A DNA stretch of 62,688 nucleotides, the filler included, from an uncultured Methanosarcinales archaeon (GTDB lineage: Archaea > Nanobdellota > Nanobdellia > Woesearchaeales > JABMPP01): NCBI GenBank assembly GCA_964604995.1. It is 15 parts of 15 records of this genome, joined end to end, with 100 filler letters (N's around TTAATTAATTAA, not from the genome) between each part and the next. Parts side by side here need not be neighbours in the genome. Positions count along the whole stretch, not along the records: positions 1 to 8,903 come from CAZSAD010000050.1; positions 9,004 to 17,853 come from CAZSAD010000051.1; 13 more parts are not named here. One strand, written 5' to 3'. Both the position numbers and the translations under genes were made by a program. Below, piece after piece: positions 1-10,034 of the stretch (positions are counted from its first letter, which is position 1; each line of letters starts with the position of its first letter). The notes beneath the pieces are model-generated. The model was not told the origin of the DNA, made no database searches, and saw only the letters and a program-made list of their open reading frames with translations.

Positions 1-33
1 ATTTATAAACTGTTTTTTTATCTAAACCATAAT

Positions 34-393
34 ATGTCAACTATTTTATTTATTGAAGATGATGAAAGAACTTTAAGTTTATCAAAAGAATTTCTTGAAA
101 GTAAGGGACATACAGTTCATACTGCCACTGATGGATTAGAAGGTTTAGACATTTTAAAAAATGGTGTAAAAATTGATATTATCTTTAGTGATGGAAATAT
201 GCCTAATATGAATGGAGATAATTTTGTGAACACTATTAAAACAGATGTAAAATATTTTAAGTATGCAAGTATACCAATAATAGGTGTTGGTACTTTTAAA
301 GGAGAGGGTAAAAAATATTTAACAGAATATTATCAAAAACCTTTTCTCATCACAAATTTAGTGGAAAGTATCAAAAAATATTGCATACCATAA
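34..393 (+). CDS. Single-domain response regulator receiver (CheY-like)
   Basis: ILFIEDD, phosphoacceptor in FSDGNMPNMNG, KPF; TATA-like TTTATAAA at window start. Confidence 0.9.
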   Translation: MSTILFIEDDERTLSLSKEFLESKGHTVHTATDGLEGLDILKNGVKIDIIFSDGNMPNMNGDNFVNTIKTDVKYFKYASIPIIGVGTFKGEGKKYLTEYYQKPFLITNLVESIKKYCIP

Positions 394-589
394 ATAAAAA
401 AATGCTTTATACTTTTAGTATAGACGTTTTAATATTTTTTTCTAATTCTTATTTGGTATAATCCAATACTTTATTTTAAAAAATTAACTCCGAAAGAAAT
501 AAGGTTATGGTGGGGGTATTTCATAAAATTTACTATCCAATAATGGTAAAAATACAAAAGTTTAAAAATTATATCATTTTCAAAGCAAT

Positions 590-1855
590 ATGAATATCAC
601 TACTGATTTTCATTATCTTGTGAAAGAAATTGTTAGTTACAAGGAAGATCCTCCTAATTTTAATAGCTTCCAAAGATCTTTTGAATTAAATAAGTCTCTT
701 CAATTCAAAGAGATTCTACAAAGTATAGAAGAGTATGACAAAAATCACCTTGGTGATTTGATAAACTCAGCGTTTCTTGAACAAGGTAAACCCCAAATAG
801 AAGAAGCTAATGTATTGTTATATCAAATTGGTCGATTTTCTTATGTTTTTCTTGTAAAGCCTAAAGACGCACCTGACAACGAGGGTATAATTATACAAAT
901 CGGAAAAAATAAAAAAGATACTCTCGATGGGAGAGTTATAGAAAGTGATTATACCAATTTGAAAAAATTACAGGAAACTAAATGCAAACGATTTGTGCCC
1001 CCTACTTTATCAAAGTTAGATGAAATAAAAGTTGGTAACTCTATATTACCACTATTCTTTACAGAGTATCTTGGAGACTATCATGAATTAAATTATAATC
1101 ATTCTTATTTAGAGAGTTATAACTCTCTTTTTACAAATAGACCTGAAAATGAACATATAAATTTTAGCAGGGGAGAATCTGCATTTATTATGAAAGAAAT
1201 AGTAAAAATTATTGCTTTGACTTATGCAAGCACTTACAGTCCAAATAATAACAAAGGATTGCTTTTAGGAGATATAAAAATTGATGCTGGAGACTTTGTT
1301 TACAATTCTCTTTATTCCCCTAAAACAAGTTATGAAAAACCATTAGTTAAAATGATTACGGCAAGAAGGCTTGAAAAAGCACACCCAAGACAACTATTAA
1401 ATTATTTGTTATCCCCAACTGAAGTATCTTTTAATATGACGGGAAGGGTAATGATGGGAGGATTCATCCTACCTAACGAAAAGAGTTCTATATACTTGGG
1501 GATTATGGATGCCCTAAATGAAATTTATGGTAAAGAAGCAAAAAATATATTTAACATGTGGAAACAGGATTACAAAACAAATTTAGAATTAGATTTTGTT
1601 AATATCTTTAAAAAATTAAACTCTAATGAAATAAAATCTTTTGATGATATTCCCATAGGGTATGACGCTGAGCTAGGAGTCATATGCTTTGAAGTTGATA
1701 ACAGAATTAAAGATAAGATACATTCACTAACTCCCGATTGGAGAAAACTTAATGAGGTTTTTCAACATCTAAAAAATAAAGATGTTGAATTATTTATGCT
1801 TAATATGCTTATGCCTTCAAAATTTAAATTGATAGAAGATATTACAATTTCTTAG
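590..1855 (+). CDS. Hypothetical protein, probable atypical kinase-like fold
   Basis: 421-aa ORF; GRFSYVFLV, ESDYTNLKKL, FFTEYL, DAGDFV and KMITARR occur in kinase-fold order. Confidence 0.5.
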   Translation: MNITTDFHYLVKEIVSYKEDPPNFNSFQRSFELNKSLQFKEILQSIEEYDKNHLGDLINSAFLEQGKPQIEEANVLLYQIGRFSYVFLVKPKDAPDNEGIIIQIGKNKKDTLDGRVIESDYTNLKKLQETKCKRFVPPTLSKLDEIKVGNSILPLFFTEYLGDYHELNYNHSYLESYNSLFTNRPENEHINFSRGESAFIMKEIVKIIALTYASTYSPNNNKGLLLGDIKIDAGDFVYNSLYSPKTSYEKPLVKMITARRLEKAHPRQLLNYLLSPTEVSFNMTGRVMMGGFILPNEKSSIYLGIMDALNEIYGKEAKNIFNMWKQDYKTNLELDFVNIFKKLNSNEIKSFDDIPIGYDAELGVICFEVDNRIKDKIHSLTPDWRKLNEVFQHLKNKDVELFMLNMLMPSKFKLIEDITIS

Positions 1856-1959
1856 ATAATAAACCTCCGCAGCCTAAAGGTCGTGGTGTCTTGTGAATTT
1901 ATTTTGAACTATTATGTTTCTGTTATTTTAGGAAATATAATTTTGAATTGCTTTAGCTG

Positions 1960-2622
1960 TTACATTCCCGACACTTCTGAAAAGTTTTCAATATATTCTT
2001 TTAGAGGTAAAAGAGCAATTGTTGACCATTTTTCAACAGAAGAATTAGGTAAAGTGCATATTTTTTCAAATTCTTCAATTGTCATTAATTTTCCATTATC
2101 AATTTCAGGATCTTTAGGATTAACAAAAAAAGAAGTTGTTTCAATCAAATACAAAATCCCAAAATGTACTTTTCCAACATCATCTAAATCCTCATTAATA
2201 TAACCTAATACTTTTAATTTTACATCTCCTTCTAAATGCACTTCTTCGTTTAATTCTCGTAGCATACTTGTATGGAGTGGATTTCCTTTTTCAGTATCAA
2301 ATTTTTCAATATGTCCACCGACACCAATAGAAAATTTGCCTTGTAATCTTTTTTCATTACAATTGATATCCTTTTTTGATCTTTGATATACAAAAACTTT
2401 TTTTAATTTCAAATTAACAATAATTCCATAACCAACGGGTTGTTTATGATTTGGATCTACTTCAGCTAATCCTCGTTTCATATAACTATAATTATTTAAA
2501 ATCCTAGATTCAAAATTAACTTTATCTTGCATTGCTTTATCTTGCGATAAAAATCCTTCAAAATAATTATTTTGAAATAAAATTTGCTTATCGACAACCA
2601 TTATTATCTGTTCGCTTTTCAT
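1960..2622 (-). CDS. NUDIX-family phosphoesterase (COG4112-like)
   Basis: AEVDPNHKQP, SIGVGGH, RELNEEV, VGKVHFG motifs. Confidence 0.85.
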   Translation of the reverse strand: MKSEQIIMVVDKQILFQNNYFEGFLSQDKAMQDKVNFESRILNNYSYMKRGLAEVDPNHKQPVGYGIIVNLKLKKVFVYQRSKKDINCNEKRLQGKFSIGVGGHIEKFDTEKGNPLHTSMLRELNEEVHLEGDVKLKVLGYINEDLDDVGKVHFGILYLIETTSFFVNPKDPEIDNGKLMTIEEFEKICTLPNSSVEKWSTIALLPLKEYIENFSEVSGM

Positions 2623-2690
2623 AACGTTAAAATCAGATAGAAATTTATAAAGCTATTGAGAAAATTTTAAACCATACTTAAAATTAAATA

Positions 2691-2774
2691 CGCCGTCGCC
2701 CAGATTTGAACTGGGATATCCTTTCGGAAACCAGCTCTCAAGGCTGGCGCAGTACCAGATTGTGCCACGACGGC
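2691..2774 (-). tRNA. tRNA-Ser(TGA), long variable arm, no encoded CCA
   Basis: GCCGTCG/CGACGGC acceptor stem, CCAGC-CTTGAGA-GCTGG anticodon arm, TTCAAAT T-loop. Confidence 0.97.
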
Positions 2775-2862
2775 AATCATAAAAAGTTTCCAGACGATTA
2801 ACTTTAAGTTAATCGGCTACCGTGCGAGCTGAGGTCAGCTCCCAGATTGTGCCACGACGGCA
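2755..2862. repeat. 21-bp perfect direct repeat of the tRNA-Ser 5' end flanking a 66-bp hairpin-rich insert
   Basis: CCAGATTGTGCCACGACGGCA at 2755-2775 and 2842-2862; insert has an inverted repeat at 2795-2815 and the motif at 2820-2841. Confidence 0.92.
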
Positions 2863-2985
2863 GTTGTAAAATACATTTCTTAGGTAGTTATTTTGTATTT
2901 TATAACCTTATATAAAGTTTGTTGCTTTTAATTCTTTGCCACTTAAAAGTAAATCTTTTTAAATTTAAAACAAAAATATTTTTTT

Positions 2986-4998
2986 GTGGGGAATATTTTA
3001 ACCAGGCAAAATGGTATGAACCTACCAAAGCAGACATTTCTTGATGAAATTAAAAAACCGCAATTCTTAATTTCAGCATCCTACTTTCTTGCAACACAGT
3101 CTAATCTTTTATACAATGAAACAAAAATTTTTTTAAATCCTGATATCCCGCTTGATCAAAAAATAATGATTGCCTTATTTGCAGGAAGTGCATTCAATTT
3201 TGCTGTTAGCTATAAAGGCTCAAAATTAATCTATCAAGGCATAACCGAAGTACAAAACATAAAAGAACCCAGATTGAAAAATACTGCAGAATATGTACTA
3301 CGTGAAGCTTATGATTTTTTTAAGTTTTCTGGATTATTGGTTTATAATAGATTAAGATATTTATTTTCCCCAAGGAAAGAATTAGAAAAATTTTTGGATT
3401 CGAATAAAAAATTGCACCAAAGTAGTTTAGAAAATGTCTTAAAATATTATTCAGATGACTCACCAAAAAAAGACTTGTGTGCGGCTTTTCATTTATCAAA
3501 CTTAGGGAATCATGATGAAGCTTTAGGTTATATAAAATCTTGGATTCAAAAATTTGAAAATAACCCTAATTTTAGAAGATTAATAGTTGATAACTCAAAA
3601 GCAATTTATGATAAAGAAAATAAAGGAAAAATTTCTATTTATTTAAATAAAAAACTAAAAAAAATATCAAAAAAGAAAAATAACAAAGAAGATTACCTAA
3701 ATTACCATTTTAAATGTAATGTTGAAATAGGATTAAGTAGGGCATCTTCGGGCGATCTAGAATCTGCAAAAATATATTTTAACCATATTGCCGAGCAATT
3801 GCATAATTTTCAAAAACCTGATTTACATACAGGTTTAATGCTTCATGCTCTTGGTGAAGAAGAAAAAAGTTTAGAAATAATCAAAAAAGCAATTTTAGCA
3901 AATCCTGATATTTTCAAACAAGCTCCATATTTTACAGGATCAAAAAAAGCAAGACAAATATCTGATTCATTATTTGGAAAAATATTAATGATTCTTGAAG
4001 ATACTAAAGTGCAATTAAATTATACCCTTACTGCAAGAGATGTTTTGGAATCAAAAATTAAAAAATTTGAATTAAAAGATACTTATTCAACATTCACCCC
4101 ACTTGGTTTTTTGAAGAGCGAGGATAAACATGATTTGAACAATTCTAAAACAAATCTACAGAGTTTAGAACAATTGGCTATTATGTATATTGATGGGCCA
4201 ATTCAAAAATTAGTTTATGTGCAAGATAAAAACAGTCAAATTGCAGGATTAAAAGCATTGGGATTTTTCCAGGCAGCAATGACAAATAGAATAGTAAATG
4301 ATGATAAAGGGATAATTCCTTATATGGATCAAATTCAAAATAGATTAGAAAATGACAAATTATTGCCATCAGAAATAAAAAATCAGATAATTGATAATAT
4401 TGAAGTATGTTTTAAATTGTATAGTTCTATTCCAAAACTGGTTTATGATGGAGATAGAAGCCCATACCAAGCTATAATGATAAAAACTAAAGAAGGGTAT
4501 AAAACTATATTTTTGGACTTAGAAAAACAAGGAATCCAAGTATTTGATGGGTACAATAGGCCAGAAAGTGATGATGCAAAAAACTTATTCCACGGTAAAC
4601 ATTTACTTATCGAAAAAGCAAATCTGCAAGAGCACATCAAAAATTTGATTAGAATAAAAAATAAAGAGTTTAATAAATTTGCCCCACGAGAACTCAATTG
4701 GAAATTCATTGGAAATGAACAAGAGTTATACATTGCTTCAGTTATGGCAACTGCAATTGCAAAAGCAATAAGTTATAATTCTTATACCAATACTTTAGCT
4801 AATCCAAAAAATGATAATCAAGAATTTTTAGATATGGTATTAATTACAACACCTATGCTAACTGAAAATTTTAAATTTATTTATACCAATAAAGATCTCA
4901 AAAAATTTAATTATTTAATACAAGCTTTAGAAAAACTTAAAGAGGTTAATTTGATAAAGATGAATAATCCAAATTTAATGCTATTTATTAATAACTAA
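2986..4998 (+). CDS. Large protein with TPR-like helices and a C-terminal APH/kinase-like domain
   Basis: Helical repeats, then YDGDRSPYQ...IFLDLE resembling the APH-type catalytic and metal-binding motifs; start uncertain. Confidence 0.5.
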   Translation: MGNILTRQNGMNLPKQTFLDEIKKPQFLISASYFLATQSNLLYNETKIFLNPDIPLDQKIMIALFAGSAFNFAVSYKGSKLIYQGITEVQNIKEPRLKNTAEYVLREAYDFFKFSGLLVYNRLRYLFSPRKELEKFLDSNKKLHQSSLENVLKYYSDDSPKKDLCAAFHLSNLGNHDEALGYIKSWIQKFENNPNFRRLIVDNSKAIYDKENKGKISIYLNKKLKKISKKKNNKEDYLNYHFKCNVEIGLSRASSGDLESAKIYFNHIAEQLHNFQKPDLHTGLMLHALGEEEKSLEIIKKAILANPDIFKQAPYFTGSKKARQISDSLFGKILMILEDTKVQLNYTLTARDVLESKIKKFELKDTYSTFTPLGFLKSEDKHDLNNSKTNLQSLEQLAIMYIDGPIQKLVYVQDKNSQIAGLKALGFFQAAMTNRIVNDDKGIIPYMDQIQNRLENDKLLPSEIKNQIIDNIEVCFKLYSSIPKLVYDGDRSPYQAIMIKTKEGYKTIFLDLEKQGIQVFDGYNRPESDDAKNLFHGKHLLIEKANLQEHIKNLIRIKNKEFNKFAPRELNWKFIGNEQELYIASVMATAIAKAISYNSYTNTLANPKNDNQEFLDMVLITTPMLTENFKFIYTNKDLKKFNYLIQALEKLKEVNLIKMNNPNLMLFINN

Positions 4999-5061
4999 TT
5001 AATTCATAACTAATTAAAAATAGATTTAGTTTATTACTTTATTTGTTAATTAATTTAGTGA

Positions 5062-5733
5062 TTATTTCCCAACTCTTATATCTTTATAATTTTCTTGTAT
5101 TGGACCAAGAACTAAACTCGATTCAATAACTCTTTCAGTTTCATATTCAGTTGGTCTATGCCTAGTTTCGTGTAATTTTACCATTTTTCTAAAAGAGGGA
5201 TCAGTTGAAAGCAATGACTCATTAAATACAATATTTCTATCTGTTAAGGTTGTGTATGCCCAAGCTCCTATATCTTCTGCTGAGAAATGAACATGTATTC
5301 TTTTTGCTTCTGCATTTCTACTAAAATCCCAGATTTGTTCCCATTGTTGCTTTGTATAATTATTGCTTGGAACATAACTAGAATCCGTACCATATCCTAA
5401 AGATTCACTTTGTATTGAATTATTTTTAAAACCATACCCGGTATTAGAATTTTGTGATAAATTAACATTTTGATTAAAACTAGAAATAGCATCACTAATT
5501 TCAGTTGTTACATCAACATTACTAGATTTATTTTCTTCTACGTTTGAAATTTCAGAATTCACAATATCATCTAACCCTAATTTAATTTGTTGTGATTTGT
5601 CAACTGTGTTTAAAGCTACTAAAGAAAAAGGAAGAAAATAAATTAGACTTTCTTTAGGTAAATTATAATTATTTAGAACTTTGATAGATTCAAAGCCATT
5701 TTTCTTTTGTACAGATTGGTATTTTTCTTTCAT
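5062..5733 (-). CDS. Hypothetical protein with HExxH (zincin-like) motif
   Basis: GAWAYT...IVFN...LHETRH...E. Confidence 0.5.
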   Translation of the reverse strand: MKEKYQSVQKKNGFESIKVLNNYNLPKESLIYFLPFSLVALNTVDKSQQIKLGLDDIVNSEISNVEENKSSNVDVTTEISDAISSFNQNVNLSQNSNTGYGFKNNSIQSESLGYGTDSSYVPSNNYTKQQWEQIWDFSRNAEAKRIHVHFSAEDIGAWAYTTLTDRNIVFNESLLSTDPSFRKMVKLHETRHRPTEYETERVIESSLVLGPIQENYKDIRVGK

Positions 5734-5894
5734 AAATCCCGCATTATTATCTTAGAAATATTAATTTAAAAATTGTTTATAAGCTTATTGTTTAAAATTT
5801 AGATTTAATTTAGAATATGGCTTTTTGTAAATTTTACCTATTTTTTTAGTTTTTGACCAAAACTTTAAATATTATCCTAAGAATCAAAAGCACT

Positions 5895-7373
5895 ATGGAA
5901 AAGGATGTTAATAAAGAAAACAATAAGCAAACCAAAACAGACTCAAAATCAATAGGTATAACTGTAAAAAAATTTGATGATATGCCCGAATGGTATTCTC
6001 AAGTTTGCCTAAAAGCTGAACTAGCTGATTATTCTCCGATACGTGGATGCATGGTAATTAGACCTTATGGTTATGCTATCTGGCAAAAAATTCAAGATTA
6101 TTTTAATGGAAGAATAGCAAAAATTGGAGTGCAAAATGCATATTTTCCAATGTTTATCCCAGAATCATTTTTCAAAAGAGAAGCAGAACATGCTAAAGGT
6201 TTTGCACCTGAAGTTGCATGGATTGAAAAAAAAGCAGATACTGATGAAAGATTGGCTCTAAGACCCACTAGTGAAACAATAATGTATGATGCCTATTCGA
6301 GATGGGTTAGATCATGGAGAGATCTTCCACTTAGAATAAATCAATGGTGTAATATTGTAAGGTGGGAAGTTAAAGATGTCAAACTTTTTTTAAGATCAAG
6401 AGAATTTTTATGGCAAGAAGGCCACTGCGTTTATGAAACAAGAGAAGAATGCGATAAAGAAACATATTTTATTTTGGATGAGTACCAAAAATTAAGCCAT
6501 GAACTTTTAGCAATTCCTGTAATAAAAGGCAAAAAAACTGAAAAAGAAAAATTTGCAGGCGCGCAGTTTACAACAACAATTGAAAGTTTAATGCCTGATG
6601 GAAAAGCTCTGCAAATGGGAACAAGCCACACATTAAGTCAAGGATTTGCAAAGAGTTTTGGTATACAATTTTTAGGTAAAGATGAAAAAATGCATCACCC
6701 TTGGCAAAATTCCTGGGGAATTTCAACTAGGTTAATTGGTGCAGTTATATTAATGCATGGCGATGATAAAGGCTTAGTATTGCCACCGATGATAGCTCCA
6801 ATACACATTGTAATTGTCCCAATATTTTTTGATAAAAACAAAGAAAAGGTCTTAACTGAAGCAAAATCACTTTACGAAAAATTATCAACTAATTTTTCTG
6901 TTAAATTAGATATTAGAGAAGAGTACTCGCCGGGTTGGAAATTTAATGAATGGGAATTAAAAGGAGTACCAATAAGATTAGAGTTAGGTCCAAGAGATAT
7001 TGATGCAAAACAAGTAGTTCTTGTAAGGCGAGATAATGGCAAAAAAGAATTTGTTCCATTAGATGTAATTGAAAATAAGATTAGTTCAACTCTTGCAAGT
7101 ATGCAATCGGATTTATTTGAAAAAGCAAAACTCTCAATTGAAAATAACACTGCAAAAGTTGCAAGTATGAAAGAGTTAATTTTAGCTATTGAAAATGGTA
7201 AATGGGCAATTGCTAATTTTTGTGGAGATGAGAATTGCGAAAAGCAAATGAAAGAAGAAACAGGTGGCATTACTTCAAGATGCATACCTTTAGGCAAAGA
7301 AGAAGCAAATGGCAATTGTGTGCATTGTAATAATCCAGGAAAATGTTCTGTTTATTTTGCAAAAAATTATTAA
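5895..7373 (+). CDS. proS: Prolyl-tRNA synthetase (archaeal/eukaryote type)
   Basis: LRPTSET, QWCNIVRWE, FLRSREFLWQEGH, PGWKFNEWELKGVP, C-terminal AKNY; start moved to ATG 5895. Confidence 0.97.
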   Translation: MEKDVNKENNKQTKTDSKSIGITVKKFDDMPEWYSQVCLKAELADYSPIRGCMVIRPYGYAIWQKIQDYFNGRIAKIGVQNAYFPMFIPESFFKREAEHAKGFAPEVAWIEKKADTDERLALRPTSETIMYDAYSRWVRSWRDLPLRINQWCNIVRWEVKDVKLFLRSREFLWQEGHCVYETREECDKETYFILDEYQKLSHELLAIPVIKGKKTEKEKFAGAQFTTTIESLMPDGKALQMGTSHTLSQGFAKSFGIQFLGKDEKMHHPWQNSWGISTRLIGAVILMHGDDKGLVLPPMIAPIHIVIVPIFFDKNKEKVLTEAKSLYEKLSTNFSVKLDIREEYSPGWKFNEWELKGVPIRLELGPRDIDAKQVVLVRRDNGKKEFVPLDVIENKISSTLASMQSDLFEKAKLSIENNTAKVASMKELILAIENGKWAIANFCGDENCEKQMKEETGGITSRCIPLGKEEANGNCVHCNNPGKCSVYFAKNY

Positions 7374-7402
7374 TTTTATAGGTTATTTTGTTTAAATTTA
7401 TT

Positions 7403-7642
7403 TTACTTCTTCAAAAATAAATTTATTAATGCAATAAGTGCAACTAATGTCCAAATAATTTCTAATATAAGAAAAGGAGTATAATGTATCATATAAGATG
7501 CAACTCCTGAAATGCCTGCTCCTAAAAAATTTAGAAAAGGATACCATTTGTTATTTGTTGCAATTATCCCAAATAAATTCAAAAAAAATGCAACTAAAAG
7601 CACAACGACACCAAATGACCCAATTATAACTGATAATTCCAT
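7403..7642 (-). CDS. Small 3-TM membrane protein (CBU_0592-like)
   Basis: GSFGVVVLLVAF, YPFLNFLGA, PFLILEIIW. Confidence 0.7.
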   Translation of the reverse strand: MELSVIIGSFGVVVLLVAFFLNLFGIIATNNKWYPFLNFLGAGISGVASYMIHYTPFLILEIIWTLVALIALINLFLKK

Positions 7643-7745
7643 AATAATAGATATAACCTATGTAATAAGTATTAAAATTTTACTTTTAGTATGTTAATAA
7701 CCAGTTCATAATATTTTTAAACAAACTAACTTTCTAATATTTACA

Positions 7746-8378
7746 ATGGTAGCATCACTTGAATCAAAATTACAAAAAAAATCAAAAGAAGATGAATCTA
7801 CTTCTGATAAAAAAAATATAGATGTAAAAAAGGCAGATACAAAAAATATTGACACGAGTGTTCAAAGTATACCTGTAAATTTAAATTTATCAAAGTTAGA
7901 TTTTAAAATTAAAGATGAGGAATTAATTGGTGTTTTAGCATTAGTTAAAGAATTCCAAGACGCAATAAATTCAGAATCTTTAACAGAAGAAATAATTTCT
8001 GATGAGGAAGATGAATCAATAGTTTATGACAAATTTAAACAAGGAAGTAATCCAAATCCGATTTATAATCAAGGAAGAGTTTTAGATTATGAAGAAACAT
8101 TTAGTCATCTTGGGCAAATGCAAACTAAATCAATGTATGAAGGAATGACTAATTTTGGCAAGGGTTCTTCGTCTAGTAAGGATGATGATTCGGGCAAACT
8201 TACAGAAGAAGATAATAAAAAATGGGTTTTTCATGAAAAATATGAAACAGGAAATGATGTTTCAGGAATAACAGGTATTGTTCCAAAAGCAGGTTACACA
8301 TCTGAAAAATGGGAAGTTCTAAAGATTCAAGCAATACTTGACCCAGGTAAAATGCAATTGTATAGGAATTTGAATTAA
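7746..8378 (+). CDS. Hypothetical acidic protein
   Basis: 210-aa ORF with TATA-like TTTTTAAA upstream; no family recognised. Confidence 0.7.
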   Translation: MVASLESKLQKKSKEDESTSDKKNIDVKKADTKNIDTSVQSIPVNLNLSKLDFKIKDEELIGVLALVKEFQDAINSESLTEEIISDEEDESIVYDKFKQGSNPNPIYNQGRVLDYEETFSHLGQMQTKSMYEGMTNFGKGSSSSKDDDSGKLTEEDNKKWVFHEKYETGNDVSGITGIVPKAGYTSEKWEVLKIQAILDPGKMQLYRNLN

Positions 8379-8403
8379 ATTATTTTATAGCCCCTGTCAA
8401 TTT

Positions 8404-8805
8404 TTATAGTTTATACCAATAAAAGATATGTTTAGAATCAAATTTGAAATATTTTTTCACAGTTCCGACTTGTTTAAATCCATTTTTTTCATAAAATTTT
8501 CTAGCCCAAAAGGTTTTACTCCCAGTATTTACACTTATTCCACGACAGTGTTTTTTGCGAGCGAATTCTTTTACATAATTTAACAGTTCAGTTCCAATTT
8601 TTTGTTTTCTGAATTTATCTAATACAAATATCCAGTCAAGAAGCATGCGATCTTTGGAAGGTTGAAGTATTATCCAACCTTTTACAATATTTTTTTCAAC
8701 AAATAAGAATTTTTTGAAAAAACTATTTTGAAACATTGCTTTGTTTTCTTTATCTAAATAAGACCAAATTTGATCTTTAAACTTTTCTTTAAATTCGATA
8801 ATCAT
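8404..8805 (-). CDS. GNAT-family acetyltransferase
   Basis: FRKQKIGTELL acetyl-CoA motif, ARKFYEKNGF. Confidence 0.9.
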   Translation of the reverse strand: MIIEFKEKFKDQIWSYLDKENKAMFQNSFFKKFLFVEKNIVKGWIILQPSKDRMLLDWIFVLDKFRKQKIGTELLNYVKEFARKKHCRGISVNTGSKTFWARKFYEKNGFKQVGTVKKYFKFDSKHIFYWYKL

Positions 8806-9027
8806 ATATTTATTAAAACAGAATTGTATTAAAAATTTTTCGGAGATAGTTTTTATAATACTTAAAAAATAAGAAATAAAAAAGAATAATAAAAATTAAA
8901 TATNNNNNNNNNNNNNNNNNNNNNNNNNNNNNNNNNNNNNNNNNNNNTTAATTAATTAANNNNNNNNNNNNNNNNNNNNNNNNNNNNNNNNNNNNNNNNN
9001 NNNTCTTGAGGTATTATTTGTTAGATT

Positions 9028-9801
9028 ATGAAACCAAATAGAATTTTTAGTATAATAATTATAATATTATCTTTTGTAATTGCATTTTATTTCTATTCAA
9101 TAATGCCTTCACATATGGCAGGTCATTGGAATTTTCAAGGAAAAGTTGATGGATATGTAAGTAAAGCAGTTGGTATGTTTTTAATACCCATTATCTCTTT
9201 GTTTTTTTATGTGCTATTTTTATTAATTCCAAAAATAGATCCTTTAAAAGAAAATATTGCCGAGTTTCAACATTATCTTGACGGATTTATGTTGCAATTT
9301 ACGACATTTTTATTGTATATTTACGGACTAACAATTTTTTGGAATTTAGGATTTCGATTTAATATGGGGCAATTTTTAGCTCCAGCTTTTGGTTCACTTA
9401 TGTTTTATACTGGAATTTTAATACAAAATGCCAAAATGAATTGGAGTGTTGGAATTAGAACTCCTTGGACTATGAGCAGCAAAGATGTCTGGGAAAGAAC
9501 ACATAAAATTGGCGGGAAAATGTTTAAAATAAATGGAATTGTATGTCTTCTTGGAATATTTTATCCAGAGGCTGCTTTGATGTTTATATTAGCACCAATT
9601 ATGCTTGCTGTATTGTTTATTGTATTGTATTCTTATATAATATATAATCAAGAACAAAAAACAAAATTAAATACAAACAGGGTCGCACCAGTTACAAATG
9701 CCCCCACCATAATTCCAAAAACTGTGTCAGAAAAACAAGAAGAAAAAAGAACTAAATTTACAAAGCAAAAAAGCTTAAAGAAAAAAAATAAGAAAAACTA
9801 A
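9028..9801 (+). CDS. SdpI/DUF1648-family membrane protein
   Basis: HWNFQGKVDGY, PKIDPL, NWSVGIRTPWT, WERTH. Confidence 0.9.
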   Translation: MKPNRIFSIIIIILSFVIAFYFYSIMPSHMAGHWNFQGKVDGYVSKAVGMFLIPIISLFFYVLFLLIPKIDPLKENIAEFQHYLDGFMLQFTTFLLYIYGLTIFWNLGFRFNMGQFLAPAFGSLMFYTGILIQNAKMNWSVGIRTPWTMSSKDVWERTHKIGGKMFKINGIVCLLGIFYPEAALMFILAPIMLAVLFIVLYSYIIYNQEQKTKLNTNRVAPVTNAPTIIPKTVSEKQEEKRTKFTKQKSLKKKNKKN

Positions 9802-10034
9802 GTTTTTATAGTTTCTAAAATATAAAATAAGTTTTATGTTAATTTTAAGAACATTAATTATAACAGTTAAATTCTTAAATGATGGTGTTTAACTTAAATA
9901 AAGGGATAACTATTTGGAAATTACTGAGAGTAAGCCTGCGAATCCGATGAAAGGATTTAAGCAAATATTTATAAAGGGCGACTTAATCCCATAATCATTA
10001 ATATTTGGCAGTATGATTGGAGGAGGTAATTAAT

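Noticed and set aside
2842..2862. Split tRNA half or intron-containing tRNA
   Set aside because: A complete uninterrupted tRNA-Ser lies adjacent; no bulge-helix-bulge or trans-splicing leader was evident.
9920..9962. Hammerhead-like CTGAGAG...GAAA upstream of tuf
   Set aside because: The core does not match CUGANGA and stems I-III cannot be formed; only two small hairpins.
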